Shown here in pieces: positions 8,792-19,901 of a stretch of 64,000 nucleotides of DNA. The DNA lies in contig JBFZEG010000161.1 in assembly GCA_041306975.1 (NCBI GenBank), positions 5,658 to 69,657 of the forward strand, given 5' to 3'. Under the pieces are notes generated by a model. That model was not told the origin of the DNA. It saw only the letters and a program-made list of their open reading frames with translations, and ran no database searches. Origin of the DNA: Gammaproteobacteria bacterium. GTDB taxonomy: Bacteria; Pseudomonadota; Gammaproteobacteria; Pseudomonadales; Pseudohongiellaceae. The translations under genes and the position numbers were made by a program. Within the stretch, counting starts at the first letter, position 1. Every line of letters starts with the position of its first letter.

Positions 8792-8942
8792 TGTTGGTTT
8801 GCACGTTCGTTTGACCCATTTTTAACGACTTTTGCATCGAATATTTGAACCACAATACGTCACTGATGATGCGAGGTTGCGCCTTATCATGGGGGTTAAA
8901 GTTAAATGCAACTACTGGGTGAGATTAGCAAGGAACTCAACA
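8792..8942. mobile_element. IS21-like miniature element, copy 2 (151 bp, TG...CA ends)
   Basis: Starts TGTTGGTTTGCA, ends AACTCAACA; tandem subterminal TTTGA(C/A)CCA repeats; no ORF. Confidence 0.7.
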
Positions 8943-9069
8943 GGGACTACTCTCTGAAAAAGTGGGGGGTACCGGGTGGGTGGGGTCTGCGGGAGCAGAT
9001 TTAGCAGAGTTTGTTTTGAGCGAAATTTAAGTCTATTAAAACTGGACCAGAAGTTTCAGCCAGCCCTGC

Positions 9070-9087
9070 TTACATCCACCGTTACAT
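9070..9087 (+). promoter_or_regulatory. Putative integrase arm-type site (right)
   Basis: ttacatccaccgttacat, tandem TTACAT units; 17/18 match to 1314-1331. Confidence 0.6.
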
Positions 9088-9127
9088 CGCAGATGAGACT
9101 TGTTTTTCGGGAGAGTAAAAGCGAGTG

Positions 9128-9140
9128 TAACGCGTTGATT
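9128..9140 (-). promoter_or_regulatory. IHF consensus site next to att core
   Basis: Reverse complement AATCAACGCGTTA matches WATCAANNNNTTR exactly. Confidence 0.6.
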
Positions 9141-9144
9141 TATA

Positions 9145-9220
<76 letters not shown>

Positions 9221-9271
9221 TTTATCGATAACAGACGAAATTTTAAAACCGTCTGAACATTCAGGCCGCGG

Positions 9272-9300
9272 ATACTACCAGCGCTTCCAAATGCCGGCAA
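9272..9300 (-). promoter_or_regulatory. sigma70 promoter of tRNA-Thr
   Basis: TTGCCG-17 nt-TAGTAT followed by GC-rich discriminator CCGCGGCC. Confidence 0.6.
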
Positions 9301-9479
9301 GTAGTTTTTTCTGAGAAGATATCAAGTAATCAAAGTAGGCATGTTTTAACTTCAAAGTCATCGGAACCCGGCAAAACTGCACACTGCTGACAATTGAAGG
9401 ACTCCAGCGAATACGTTACCGTAGTCCGCAGTGTTTGTAACAGAGCACTCTGGTTATTGACAGATAACACACGCAGGGA

Positions 9480-11138
9480 ATGACTATGGCTGTCGGCAAT
9501 ACTGGTTGGCATGCGCTTTCCGCGCAGCAGGCACGGCTGTCCGCATCTGCCATCACACTCAATGATCTGTTTGCGCTGGACACTCAACGGGCCGCACGCA
9601 TGACGCAGCGTTGCGGCCCGGTGTCCGTTGATTTCTCCAAGCATCTTGCAGATCAGGCAACCATGGACGCGTTGCTAACACTTGCGCGCGAACATAATTT
9701 GTCCGACGCCATACGCGCGATGTTTGACGGCAGAGCAGTTAACAATACCGAACACCGACCGGCATTACACGTTGCACTGCGGGGGCACGTCCCGGCACTC
9801 ATGCCGGAAATAGCCGACATGGTGTCAGGCACACTTGAAAAAACTGCGGCATTTGTTGATCAGGTGCAGTCGGGGGCCTGGAGAGGTTTTTCACAGCAGC
9901 GCATCACCACCGTGGTGAATATTGGTATTGGCGGATCGGATCTCGGACCTGCCTTGGTGACTGAGGCGCTCAGACCCTTTCACCACCCGGACCTTCGCTG
10001 TTATTTTGTTTCCAACGTTGATCCGGCACACATTCGCAGCGTGCTGAAGGATCTGCAGGCTGACAAAACACTGTTTATTATTGCCTCAAAAACATTTACC
10101 ACGTTGGAAACTCTGAGCAATGCAAGGTTGGCAAAGGCATGGTATCTGCGCGAAGGCGGATCAGAGCAGGACATACACCGGCATTTTGTGGCGGTCTCCA
10201 GTAACGTGTCTGCGGCTGAAAGCTTCGGGATCAAGCCAGAAAACATTTTCCCGATGTGGGACTGGGTCGGCGGCCGATACTCGCTGTGGTCGGCGATAGG
10301 CTTGTCAATTGCGCTGGCAACGTCTATGCCGGTGTTTAAACAACTGCTGGCTGGCGCTGCCGAAGCCGATGCGCACTTTTTACGTGCACCTCTGGGCAAC
10401 AACATTCCTGTCATGATGGGTTTGCTGGCCGTGTGGTATCGCAATTTCTGGCAATGTGACAGCCAGGTGGTTCTGCCCTACGCACAGGATCTGCACTTGC
10501 TGCCAGCCTTCTTGCAGCAACTGGAGATGGAGAGCCTGGGCAAATCCGTTGACCGTGACGGTAACGCGCTGACACACCTCAGCGGCGCAGTCATCTGGGG
10601 CAGTGCCGGGACCAACGGTCAGCATTCCTTTCATCAATTGTTGCATCAGGGCACCACGATGATTCCCGCGGATTTTATTGCGGTAGCATGCCCTCATAAC
10701 CCACAGGACCTGCAACAACATCAGCACCTGATGGCGAATTGTCTCGCTCAAAGCCGCGCCTTGATGCTTGGCAAAACCTTCGATGAGGCGCTGGAAGAAA
10801 ACATCCGCAAAGGCATGGCGCCCGAGCAGGCCAGGCAGCTGGCTCACCATCGCCAGGTACCGGGCAACCGCCCCAGCAGCACGTTTATTCTGCAGGCGCT
10901 GGACGCACAGTCGCTCGGAATACTGCTGGCTTTTTACGAGCACAAAGTGTTTGTTCAAAGCGTGATCTGGAATCTGAATGCGTTTGATCAGTGGGGCGTT
11001 GAAATAGGCAAGCAGCTCAGTGGACCAATGTTTGATGCATTAAGCGGTGATCAGCTTGCCGCCAGTGCGCTTGATCAATCCAGTCAGCACATCATCCAAC
11101 ATATCCAGACACTCAGCGGAACACTGAAACACTCATGA
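9480..11138 (+). CDS. pgi: Glucose-6-phosphate isomerase
   Basis: GIGGSDLGP, DWVGGRYSLWS, GTNGQHSF and FDQWGVE motifs. Confidence 0.97.
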   Translation: MTMAVGNTGWHALSAQQARLSASAITLNDLFALDTQRAARMTQRCGPVSVDFSKHLADQATMDALLTLAREHNLSDAIRAMFDGRAVNNTEHRPALHVALRGHVPALMPEIADMVSGTLEKTAAFVDQVQSGAWRGFSQQRITTVVNIGIGGSDLGPALVTEALRPFHHPDLRCYFVSNVDPAHIRSVLKDLQADKTLFIIASKTFTTLETLSNARLAKAWYLREGGSEQDIHRHFVAVSSNVSAAESFGIKPENIFPMWDWVGGRYSLWSAIGLSIALATSMPVFKQLLAGAAEADAHFLRAPLGNNIPVMMGLLAVWYRNFWQCDSQVVLPYAQDLHLLPAFLQQLEMESLGKSVDRDGNALTHLSGAVIWGSAGTNGQHSFHQLLHQGTTMIPADFIAVACPHNPQDLQQHQHLMANCLAQSRALMLGKTFDEALEENIRKGMAPEQARQLAHHRQVPGNRPSSTFILQALDAQSLGILLAFYEHKVFVQSVIWNLNAFDQWGVEIGKQLSGPMFDALSGDQLAASALDQSSQHIIQHIQTLSGTLKHS

Positions 11139-12571
11139 TCGATCGCGCAGCAACTCCAGATAAAATTGTCATAGGCAGCGAAGAATGGTGCTCGTTGCCA
11201 CAGATTGGCATTCCTGCTATCAAGGTCCGCGTAGATTCCGGTGCAAAAACCTCGTCGCTGCATGCGTTTAACATTCGGGCATTCTCGCGCGCCGGCGTAA
11301 ATTTTGTCAGTTTTGAAGTGCATCCATTACAAGGCAATCGCCGCACCATTGTGCGCTGCGAAGCTGAGATCATCGACAAGCGGGTGGTTAAAAGTTCCAG
11401 CGGTATTGGTGAAAAACGTTACGTTGTCAAAACAACCCTTCGACACCATGATCAGCAATGGGATATCGAGCTGACCCTGACCAATCGCGACTCCATGGGA
11501 TACCGGATGTTGCTGGGGCGTGAAGCGATGAATGGCCGCATGCTGGTTGATCCTTCAAGTTCATTTATGGGCGGCAAGGTCAGCAGCACTCAAATCGATC
11601 AGGTGTATCAGCAACACACCCGCGAAAGCGCGGGCTTAAAAATCGGCCTGCTGGCCAGCAATCCTGAACTGGTCAGCAATCAACGTATTATGGAAGCCGG
11701 CGAGGAGCGCGGACATCGCATCCGCTTTTATGATGTACGCCAGTGTTATATGAAACTGGATGCTGAACATCCGGAAATTCATTACCGTGGCGGAAAACTG
11801 CTGAATAATCTTGACGCAGTTATCCCGCGTATCCGACCTGACCTGACATTTTATGGCTGCGCGCTGGTCAGGCAATTCGAGAGTCTGGGCATTTATTCGC
11901 TGAACAGTGCACAGGCCATCAGCCAGTCGCGCGACAAACTGTTTTCACTGCAACATCTGCTGCAACATGGTTTACCGATTCCCACAACCGGTTTTGCAGA
12001 CAGCCCTCTGGACACTGATGACCTGATTGACATGGTGAATGGCGCGCCTCTGGTGGTAAAACTACTGGAGGGCCCTCATCATCGCGGCGTTGTGCTGGCC
12101 GAATCCCGCAGCGCAGGTGAAAGTCTGATCAATGCATTCCGGTCTCTTCAGGCGAATCTGCTGGTGCAGGAGTTCATCAAAGAGGCTGAAGGCCGGTCGC
12201 TGCGACTGTTGGTCGTTGATAACAAAGTGATCAGTGCTGTAGAAAGACAAGCTGCCCCGGGGCACTTCCGCAGTAATCGCCAGGAAGGTACCCGGGTCAC
12301 AGCCGTGAGACTGACTATTGATGAACGCAAGCTTGCTCTGCGCGCGGTTAAAGTGATGGGCCTGAAAGTGGCCGGTGTTGATATTATCCGCTCGCGCAAA
12401 GGCCCCTTGCTGCTGGACGTGAACAGCTCTCCGTCACTTGGAGATCTGGAAGATGTCAGCGGCAAAGATCTTGCAGGCGCGCTGATCAGCATGGTTGAAA
12501 AGCAGCTGGGTTGGAAGCGGCGCCTGGCAGCGCCAGTTGACACTCATATTGAAACACCGGCACCGGGATGA
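11135..12571 (+). CDS. rimK: RimB-like protease domain fused to RimK-family ATP-grasp ligase
   Basis: N-domain GSEEW..VDSGAKTSSLHA..MLLGR; C-domain AVIPRI, SRDKL, QEFIKEA, VAGVD, VNSSP. Confidence 0.85.
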   Translation: MIDRAATPDKIVIGSEEWCSLPQIGIPAIKVRVDSGAKTSSLHAFNIRAFSRAGVNFVSFEVHPLQGNRRTIVRCEAEIIDKRVVKSSSGIGEKRYVVKTTLRHHDQQWDIELTLTNRDSMGYRMLLGREAMNGRMLVDPSSSFMGGKVSSTQIDQVYQQHTRESAGLKIGLLASNPELVSNQRIMEAGEERGHRIRFYDVRQCYMKLDAEHPEIHYRGGKLLNNLDAVIPRIRPDLTFYGCALVRQFESLGIYSLNSAQAISQSRDKLFSLQHLLQHGLPIPTTGFADSPLDTDDLIDMVNGAPLVVKLLEGPHHRGVVLAESRSAGESLINAFRSLQANLLVQEFIKEAEGRSLRLLVVDNKVISAVERQAAPGHFRSNRQEGTRVTAVRLTIDERKLALRAVKVMGLKVAGVDIIRSRKGPLLLDVNSSPSLGDLEDVSGKDLAGALISMVEKQLGWKRRLAAPVDTHIETPAPG

Positions 12572-12575
12572 TGCC

Positions 12576-13028
12576 ATGCCTGACACAATCACTACACAAC
12601 TCAGCTTCCGCAAAGCCGAGATAGAGGAAATGGACTGGGCTTATCTGTTGTTCAAAGACGGCCTTCAGCAATACATTGCCCAGACCTGGGGCTGGAATGA
12701 ACTTTTCCAGCGCCATAGCTTTCTTGCCAATCTGCCCGCCTCAAGTTTTGTGATTGTTACGCTCGATCAACAGGATGTTGGCGGGTATTGCCTGAAGAAC
12801 AAAACTGATCACGTTTATCTGGAAATGTTGCTGATCAGCATGCCCATGCAGCGCAAAGGCATTGGCTCGCAGGTCATGCAATTGTTGATCAATCAGGCAG
12901 AAACACAGAACATGCCCATTCGCTTAAGTGTACTGCGCAACAATCCGGCCTATCAGTTTTACCGACGGCTCGGATTTGAAGTGATAGCCGAGGACAGTTT
13001 CCGTTACGAAATGTCCCTGCCACGTTAA
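12576..13028 (+). CDS. GNAT family N-acetyltransferase
   Basis: QRKGIG motif A and NPAYQFYRRLGF motif B. Confidence 0.88.
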   Translation: MPDTITTQLSFRKAEIEEMDWAYLLFKDGLQQYIAQTWGWNELFQRHSFLANLPASSFVIVTLDQQDVGGYCLKNKTDHVYLEMLLISMPMQRKGIGSQVMQLLINQAETQNMPIRLSVLRNNPAYQFYRRLGFEVIAEDSFRYEMSLPR

Positions 13029-13050
13029 ACGTGCCGGGCGTACCCGATAA

Positions 13051-14397
13051 TCAGAACAGCGATAACAACTCTGCAGTTTTTTGTTGCATCAGCGCTGTAT
13101 CTGCGCGCGATTCCACGTTCAGACGCACCACCGGTTCGGTGTTGGACATGCGCAGATTAAATCGCCAGTTTTCAAAATTCATGCTCAGCCCATCGGTGTA
13201 ATCAATCAGTAGCGCATCATCGCTATAGATGGCTTCAACCTTTTTGATCAGCGCCGCAGCGTCCTGCACAGTGCGGTTGATTTCACCGCTGGCCGGAAAT
13301 GCTGCCATACGCTCGGCAACCAAAGCAGACAGCGGCTTGCCGGATTTGCAGATCAATTCAGCCACCAGCAACCATGGAATCATGCCGCTGTCACAGTAGG
13401 CAAAATCTCTGAAGTAATGGTGAGCACTCATTTCGCCACCGTACACAGCATCTTCGAGACGCATGCGCTCCTTGATAAAGGCGTGCCCGGTTTTGCACTG
13501 TATTGCGCGCCCGCCAAACTCCTCACAGACAGCCTGGGTATTCCAGGTCAGCCGCGGATCGTGAATGATGGCTGCACCTGGATTTCGCTCCAGGAAACTC
13601 TGCGCCAACAATCCAACAATGTAATAACCTTCGATGAAATAGCCTGTTTCATCAAAAAAGAAACAACGGTCAAAATCACCATCCCATGCAATCCCGATAT
13701 CAGCCTGATGGGCTTTGATAGCCTCGATGCTGGGAGCACGGTTTTCCTCGAGCAAGGGATTTGGCACGCCGTTTGGAAAATGGCCGTCAGCCTGATGATG
13801 TACCCTGATAAATTCAAAAGGTAGATGCTCTGCAAGTGCATCAGCAACCATGCCAGCGCCGCCATTACCGGCATTGATTACCAGCTTCAATGGCTTCAGT
13901 ACACTCAGATCGATATAGGTCAGCAAATGCTGGATATAGGCCGGGCGCGTATCCTGATGACTTAAGGTTCCCTGCCGCTCACTGATCGGGAACTCACCCG
14001 CCTCAGCCAAAGCACGGATGTCATTGAGCCCGGTATCACCGCTGATGGGACGCGACTGTTCGCGTACCAGCTTCATACCGTTATAGTCCTGCGGGTTGTG
14101 ACTGGCGGTCACGACAATCCCGCCGTCGGCTTTCAGATGCGAGGTGGCAAAATAGACCTCCTCGGTTCCACACAAACCAATGTCGATGACATCCGCGCCG
14201 CCATCCATCAAACCACGGCTGAGCGCATCACAAAGAGACGGACTACTGAGCCGGATATCGTGACCGACTACCATCGTTCGCGGCTTCAGATACATCGCGG
14301 TGGCTCGCCCGATGCGGTAGGCAATCTCCTCATTGAGCTGATCAGGAACGCGGCCGCGGATGTCGTAGGCCTTGAAACAGGTAATTGGCATGATCAT
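13051..14397 (-). CDS. manB: Phosphomannomutase/phosphoglucomutase (CpsG type)
   Basis: [26 protein letters not shown]. Confidence 0.93.
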   Translation of the reverse strand: MIMPITCFKAYDIRGRVPDQLNEEIAYRIGRATAMYLKPRTMVVGHDIRLSSPSLCDALSRGLMDGGADVIDIGLCGTEEVYFATSHLKADGGIVVTASHNPQDYNGMKLVREQSRPISGDTGLNDIRALAEAGEFPISERQGTLSHQDTRPAYIQHLLTYIDLSVLKPLKLVINAGNGGAGMVADALAEHLPFEFIRVHHQADGHFPNGVPNPLLEENRAPSIEAIKAHQADIGIAWDGDFDRCFFFDETGYFIEGYYIVGLLAQSFLERNPGAAIIHDPRLTWNTQAVCEEFGGRAIQCKTGHAFIKERMRLEDAVYGGEMSAHHYFRDFAYCDSGMIPWLLVAELICKSGKPLSALVAERMAAFPASGEINRTVQDAAALIKKVEAIYSDDALLIDYTDGLSMNFENWRFNLRMSNTEPVVRLNVESRADTALMQQKTAELLSLF

Positions 14398-14407
14398 GGC
14401 CGTTGTC

Positions 14408-15241
14408 TCACTTGCGCTTGTAAATGTTCTGGAATGCGTAATTGGTTGCATCTATAAACCCTTCAACCGATCCGCAGTCAAACCGCTGACCTTTGAATTT
14501 GTATCCGAGCACGCGACCATAGGTTGCCTGCGTCATCAACGCATCGGTGATTTGCAGCTCGCCGTTTCGTCCTGGCGGTGTGACACGCAGAATGTCAAAA
14601 ATGTCAGGCGTCAGAATGTATCGACCGATGATCGCCAGATTAGATGGCGCGTCAGCCGGATCCGGCTTTTCAACCATCTGCCTCACACGGTAGACACCGG
14701 GAGCCTCTTCCACGCCGCCAATCACTCCATATTTAGACGTCTCATCGCGCGGCACCTCTTCGATCGCCACAATGCTGCAACGATACTTCTGGTACAACTT
14801 GACCATCTGCAAGAGCACCGGATCTACGCCCATGTTAGTAACGCAGTAGTCATCTGCAAGCAACACGGCAAATGGCTCGTTGCCTATCAGCGTCTCACCG
14901 GTAAGGATGGCGTGTCCAAGTCCTTTCATTTCCACCTGGCGCGTGTAAGAAAACGTACACACATTAATCAAGTGTCTTATGTCTTTCAGCGCAGCTTCCT
15001 TAGAGGTGCCAGCTATCTGATGCTCCAGTTCATAACTGATATCAAAGTGATCCTCGATCGCGCGCTTGCCGCGCCCCGTCACAATGGCCATGCCACTGAT
15101 CCCGGCCGCAAGCGCCTCCTCAACACCGTATTGAATCAAGGGCTTATTGACCAGAGGCAACATCTCTTTGGGCATCGACTTGGTGGCTGGAAGAAACCGG
15201 GTACCGTACCCGGCTGCGGGAAAAAGACACTTTCTGATCAT
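14408..15241 (-). CDS. galU: UTP-glucose-1-phosphate uridylyltransferase
   Basis: [27 protein letters not shown]. Confidence 0.96.
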   Translation of the reverse strand: MIRKCLFPAAGYGTRFLPATKSMPKEMLPLVNKPLIQYGVEEALAAGISGMAIVTGRGKRAIEDHFDISYELEHQIAGTSKEAALKDIRHLINVCTFSYTRQVEMKGLGHAILTGETLIGNEPFAVLLADDYCVTNMGVDPVLLQMVKLYQKYRCSIVAIEEVPRDETSKYGVIGGVEEAPGVYRVRQMVEKPDPADAPSNLAIIGRYILTPDIFDILRVTPPGRNGELQITDALMTQATYGRVLGYKFKGQRFDCGSVEGFIDATNYAFQNIYKRK

Positions 15242-15288
15242 CTGGCACTTACTCCTGCTTGCATTTGGAACTCCATTCAATTGTTTTA

Positions 15289-16791
15289 TCAGACAGGTAT
15301 AGGCACCCGACCGTAGACATCATCAAATCGCACGATATCATCTTCACCCAGATAGGTTCCCGTCTGTACTTCAACCAACTCAACCCATTCGTTTGTGTTG
15401 TTCTGCAGGCGGTGACGACTGCCCAAAGGGATGAAGGTTGACTGATTGGCGTGCAAATCAAACACTCTCTCGTCACAAGTCACTGTTGCCACCCCCTGAA
15501 TCACTACCCAATGCTCTGCCCTCTTATGGTGCATTTGTAAGGACAAGGACGCCCCTGCGCGCACCCGAATACGCTTGACCTGAAATCCGGGGCCGGTTGC
15601 CAGGGACTGGTATGACCCCCAGGGCCGGTAAACAAGGGTGTGTAATGCCGCTTCAGGCCTGGCCATTTTCTCCAGCCACTGCACGACCTGTTTGACATCC
15701 TGTACCTGATCTTTATCCGCTACCAGCACCGCATCCGCGGTTTCCACAATCACTGCATTGTGCATGCCAACAGCGACCACCAGACGGGAATCGGCGCGAA
15801 CATAACTGTCGCTGACATTTATGACATGCGTATCACCGCGCAACACATTATTGTCGGCATCTTTTTCAGTGCTGATATCCCATAACGAATTCCAGGCGCC
15901 CAGATCATTCCACGCAGCGTCCATAGGCACCAACACCGCGTTGGCGGTCTTCTCCATCACCGCATAGTCGATCGAGATGGCCGGGCACGCAGCAAACGTT
16001 GCGGCATCGATGCGTATGAAGTCGCCGTCTTTACGGGCGCTGGCACAGGCCTTGACGCAGTGTTCAGCAACGTCAGGCGCATGCAGGCGAACTTCACTCA
16101 GCCAACTGTCGCGCTCAAGCAGGAACATGCCGCTGTTCCACTCATAGTCACCTTGTTGCAGATACTGCTGCGCAACAGCTAATTCAGGCTTCTCAACAAA
16201 CCGCTGCACCCTGAACGCCGCCTGCGTATCCGCACTGACTGGTGCACCGCGCTGTATGTAGCCATAGCCGGTCTCTGCATACGACGGACGAATTCCAAAG
16301 GTTACCATGGCACCCGTGCTGGCATGTCGGGCCGCCTCCTTGATGCAAGTATGAAACGCGTCTACGTCTCTGATCACATGATCTGCAGGCAGCACCAACA
16401 TCAACAAGGGTTCATCTGCAGCACGTGTGCTCGCTGACGCCAGATGGCTGATGAGTCCGGCAGCCAGCGTCAACGCCGGCGCCGTGTTGCGACCCATCGG
16501 TTCAAGAATGATGATTGCGTCGGATACACCCAGCTGACGCAGCTGCTCGGCCACCAGAAAGCGGTGTTCTTCATGGCAGATAATCACCGGCGCTGCGAGA
16601 TCTGCAAGCCCTTTCAGGCGCCGCAACGTCGCCTGGAACAGAGTGATCTCTGCGCCAGCCGATGGTTTTGCCTTGTTAGTCAGCTTGTTCGATGCTTCAG
16701 GCATCGCCATAAACTGTTTTGGGCTGAGTTGCCGCGATAGCGGCCACAATCTGGAACCTGTGCCACCTGCAAGAATTACTGGAATTAACAT
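15289..16791 (-). CDS. manC: Mannose-1-phosphate guanylyltransferase / mannose-6-phosphate isomerase
   Basis: [20 protein letters not shown]-terminal cupin [15 protein letters not shown]. Confidence 0.95.
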   Translation of the reverse strand: MLIPVILAGGTGSRLWPLSRQLSPKQFMAMPEASNKLTNKAKPSAGAEITLFQATLRRLKGLADLAAPVIICHEEHRFLVAEQLRQLGVSDAIIILEPMGRNTAPALTLAAGLISHLASASTRAADEPLLMLVLPADHVIRDVDAFHTCIKEAARHASTGAMVTFGIRPSYAETGYGYIQRGAPVSADTQAAFRVQRFVEKPELAVAQQYLQQGDYEWNSGMFLLERDSWLSEVRLHAPDVAEHCVKACASARKDGDFIRIDAATFAACPAISIDYAVMEKTANAVLVPMDAAWNDLGAWNSLWDISTEKDADNNVLRGDTHVINVSDSYVRADSRLVVAVGMHNAVIVETADAVLVADKDQVQDVKQVVQWLEKMARPEAALHTLVYRPWGSYQSLATGPGFQVKRIRVRAGASLSLQMHHKRAEHWVVIQGVATVTCDERVFDLHANQSTFIPLGSRHRLQNNTNEWVELVEVQTGTYLGEDDIVRFDDVYGRVPIPV

Positions 16792-16964
16792 ATGTCTACC
16801 TTGTCTTAGGATGCACCAAGTCTAGCGCAGAACCTCGATGGCTTACAGATACATCCTTCATCGCTGCCAGTCGCCGGCGTGCGCTCTGGCAAAATAGGTC
16901 GATTATTTTGCTTTGGCGGGATAAACTTGCGCCCTTTGCGAAACCAAGGTGTTGTTTTCCACTT

Positions 16965-17492
16965 ATGAATACAGGATTTACACCCAAAAGCTCCTATAAC
17001 AAGGTCGAACTGATCGACTGTGGTTATGGACGCATGTTTGGCCCGGGCAACGCCAAGTTACCCGTCGGCAACATGTTGATGTTGGACAGAATTATCGAAA
17101 TCAATGACCACGGTGGTGAGCACGGCAAAGGCCAGATCATCGCCGAATTGGACATTCGACCCGACCTGTGGTTTTTTGAATGCCACTTCCCGGATGATCC
17201 GGTTATGCCGGGCTGTCTCGGTCTGGATGCCATGTGGCAACTGGTTGGCTTCTATCTGGGCTGGCGTGGCAATCTGGGCAAAGGCCGCGCACTGGGTGCA
17301 GGGGAAGTGAAATTCAGCGGAGAAATTCTGCCAACCGCCAGCAAAGTTACCTACGAAATATCACTCAGCCGCATCATTGAGCGGAAATTGGTGATGGGCA
17401 TTGCAGACGGCACCGTGGCAGTTGACGGAAAGATAATCTACACCACCAAAGGCCTCAAAGTAGGCCTGTTTACGCCAGATAGTCGATTCTGA
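16965..17492 (+). CDS. fabA: 3-hydroxyacyl-ACP dehydratase/isomerase
   Basis: [24 protein letters not shown]. Confidence 0.96.
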   Translation: MNTGFTPKSSYNKVELIDCGYGRMFGPGNAKLPVGNMLMLDRIIEINDHGGEHGKGQIIAELDIRPDLWFFECHFPDDPVMPGCLGLDAMWQLVGFYLGWRGNLGKGRALGAGEVKFSGEILPTASKVTYEISLSRIIERKLVMGIADGTVAVDGKIIYTTKGLKVGLFTPDSRF

Positions 17493-17544
17493 TTCAGGGT
17501 AATAAACTGACTCGGGACGCTTTGGATAACTGATCGAGGTATAT

Positions 17545-18765
17545 ATGAGACGTGTTGTGGTGACCGGTATTGGCATAGTGTCCTGCATTGGCAATGACAA
17601 ACAAAGCGTACTCGAATCGTTGAAAGAAGGCCGCAGCGGCATCAGTTACAACCCGGTTTATGAAGAAATGGGCCTGCGCGCTCACATCTCTGGCAGAGTC
17701 AACATCAGCTTTGAAGATCACATAGACCGCAAACATCTGCGCTTTATGGGTGATGCCGCGGCTTACGGTTACATCGCCATGGATCAGGCCATTAAAGATG
17801 CCGGGCTGACGGATGCCGATGTCTCCAACGACAGAACCGGCATCATCATGGGTGCCGGCGGGTCATCTTCAGCAGATCAGGTAGAAGCTGCTGATATCCT
17901 GCGCACTAAAGGTATCCGCAAAATCGGCCCGTATCGCGTACCACGGACGATGGGCAGCACGGTCTCCGCCTGTCTGGCGACGCCTTTTAAAATCCGCGGC
18001 GTGAATTATTCAATTTCATCCGCCTGCGCGACCAGCGCACATTGCATCGGCAACGCCGTTGAATTGATTCAACTGGGCAAGCAGGATGTAGTGTTTGCCG
18101 GCGGCGGTGAATCAGAACACTGGACGCTGACTAATCTGTTTGATGCCATGGGAGCATTGACCACCACTCATAACCACGAGCCAACCGTGGCCTCCCGTCC
18201 CTTTGACGTCAGCCGCGATGGATTTGTGATTGCTGGTGGCGGCGCAGTGCTGGTTGTTGAGGCACTTGACCATGCATTGGCCCGCGGCGCCAAAATTTAT
18301 GCCGAAATCACCGGTTACGGTGCAACATCCGACGGGTACGACATGGTTGCTCCTTCGGGCGAAGGCGCCGTGCGCTGCATGAACATGGCGCTGGCAACAA
18401 CATCAGGCAAGCCCGTGGATTACCTGAATACCCACGGCACCAGCACACCCGTGGGTGATGTCACCGAACTTGGTGCGGTCAGGGCAGTTTTCGGCGGCAA
18501 GTCGCCGATTATCACGTCGACCAAATCCCTGACCGGCCACTCGCTCGGCGCAACCGGGGCACAGGAAGCCATCTACAGCCTGCTGATGATGGAACATAAT
18601 TTTGTCAGTGCGTCCGCCAATGTCACGGAACTTGTGCCCGAAGCAGAGGGTCTGAACATTGCGACAAAACGCCTTGATGACGTCAGAATTGACTGCATCA
18701 TGTCCAACAGCTTCGGATTTGGCGGAACCAATGCAACACTGGTATTTGAGCGTTATCAGCCATAA
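17545..18765 (+). CDS. fabB: 3-oxoacyl-ACP synthase I
   Basis: [28 protein letters not shown]; follows fabA. Confidence 0.96.
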   Translation: MRRVVVTGIGIVSCIGNDKQSVLESLKEGRSGISYNPVYEEMGLRAHISGRVNISFEDHIDRKHLRFMGDAAAYGYIAMDQAIKDAGLTDADVSNDRTGIIMGAGGSSSADQVEAADILRTKGIRKIGPYRVPRTMGSTVSACLATPFKIRGVNYSISSACATSAHCIGNAVELIQLGKQDVVFAGGGESEHWTLTNLFDAMGALTTTHNHEPTVASRPFDVSRDGFVIAGGGAVLVVEALDHALARGAKIYAEITGYGATSDGYDMVAPSGEGAVRCMNMALATTSGKPVDYLNTHGTSTPVGDVTELGAVRAVFGGKSPIITSTKSLTGHSLGATGAQEAIYSLLMMEHNFVSASANVTELVPEAEGLNIATKRLDDVRIDCIMSNSFGFGGTNATLVFERYQP

Positions 18766-19273
18766 AAAACTGACAAGTTCCCCGCCGGCAACATTTGTCG
18801 GCGTGATCTTGTTTTGCCTCAGCCTGATGTTAGGGCCGACACAGGCACAAACCCCGCTTCCGGCCAATCCTTCTGCAACCGGCTCTTCGGCGCAAAGCCC
18901 GTTTTCGCAGCAGCCGGCGTTTCTTGATGTCGACCAGGCTTTTGCCTTTTTTATCAGCCTCGACGGGCCGGACACCATCAGTGTGCACTGGACAATAGCG
19001 CCTGGATATTATCTTTACGCAGATAAATTCAACTTCGCGATCAGTGGCCCCGAAGCATCAAGAACCGCCTTGATCCCGGTCTTGCCCGCGGGAGTAAAAC
19101 ACGAAGATGAGTTTTTTGGCGAAGTCACTGTTTACTTTGGACAGGCACGCGCTGTGCTGAGATTACCGGATGACAGTGCTGAGCAATTCACCCTGGCGGT
19201 CGGTTTTCAGGGCTGCGCGGAAGCAGGCCTGTGTTACCCCCCCACTCAACACAATGTCGACATCACCCGGTAA
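18746..19273 (+). CDS. Stand-alone DsbD N-terminal (alpha) domain protein; start uncertain
   Basis: [33 protein letters not shown]; ends with no transmembrane or thioredoxin domain. Confidence 0.8.
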   Translation: MSVISHKKLTSSPPATFVGVILFCLSLMLGPTQAQTPLPANPSATGSSAQSPFSQQPAFLDVDQAFAFFISLDGPDTISVHWTIAPGYYLYADKFNFAISGPEASRTALIPVLPAGVKHEDEFFGEVTVYFGQARAVLRLPDDSAEQFTLAVGFQGCAEAGLCYPPTQHNVDITR

Positions 19274-19396
19274 AACAGCCCGGCTGTTGCGGCCACACAC
19301 ATCAACAATCGAAAACATCAGAGAAAAGCCATAATTCAGTGGTGAAAAGCCAAGAAAAATCTGACAAAATGCCAGCTTATTCAGCACAACACCCGA

Positions 19397-19861
19397 ATGT
19401 CGGACCAAACACACATGGCTACCCTACTCGTCTTGCATGGCCCGAACCTGAACTTGTTGGGCACCCGCGAGCCACAGGTCTACGGCAAAGAAACCTTGGA
19501 TGATATCAACACACGCCTGGCAGACACCTGTCATGCAGCAGGACACCACCTGCTGCACCTGCAAAGCAATGCCGAGTATGAGTTGATTGATCGTATTCAC
19601 GATGCCCGCCATGAAGGCATCCACTTTATCGTGTTTAATCCCGGCGCCTTTACACATACCAGCATCGCACTGCGCGACGCACTTCTGGCAGTGAGCATTC
19701 CGTTTATCGAGGTTCATCTGTCAAATGTGTATAAACGGGAACCTTTCCGGCACCACTCTTACTTTTCAGATATTGCTGCAGGTACCATCACCGGCCTGGG
19801 CTCTCAAGGCTACGATCTTGCGCTTCAGGCAGCACTGACACGAATTTCAAACCAACAATAA
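19397..19861 (+). CDS. aroQ: Type II 3-dehydroquinate dehydratase
   Basis: [23 protein letters not shown]. Confidence 0.96.
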   Translation: MSDQTHMATLLVLHGPNLNLLGTREPQVYGKETLDDINTRLADTCHAAGHHLLHLQSNAEYELIDRIHDARHEGIHFIVFNPGAFTHTSIALRDALLAVSIPFIEVHLSNVYKREPFRHHSYFSDIAAGTITGLGSQGYDLALQAALTRISNQQ

Positions 19862-19901
19862 TTCCGCTACGACGTTAAACACCGATAAAAGAGACCACGT
19901 T

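Noticed and set aside
7280-8950. Target-site duplication around the miniature-element unit
   Set aside because: Outer flanks (tgctgtc vs gggacta) and single-copy flanks do not match.
14372-15316. 314-aa plus-strand ORF
   Set aside because: Antisense to galU with no motifs; the same applies to other long shadow ORFs over purH, typA, glnA, hisA and hisB.
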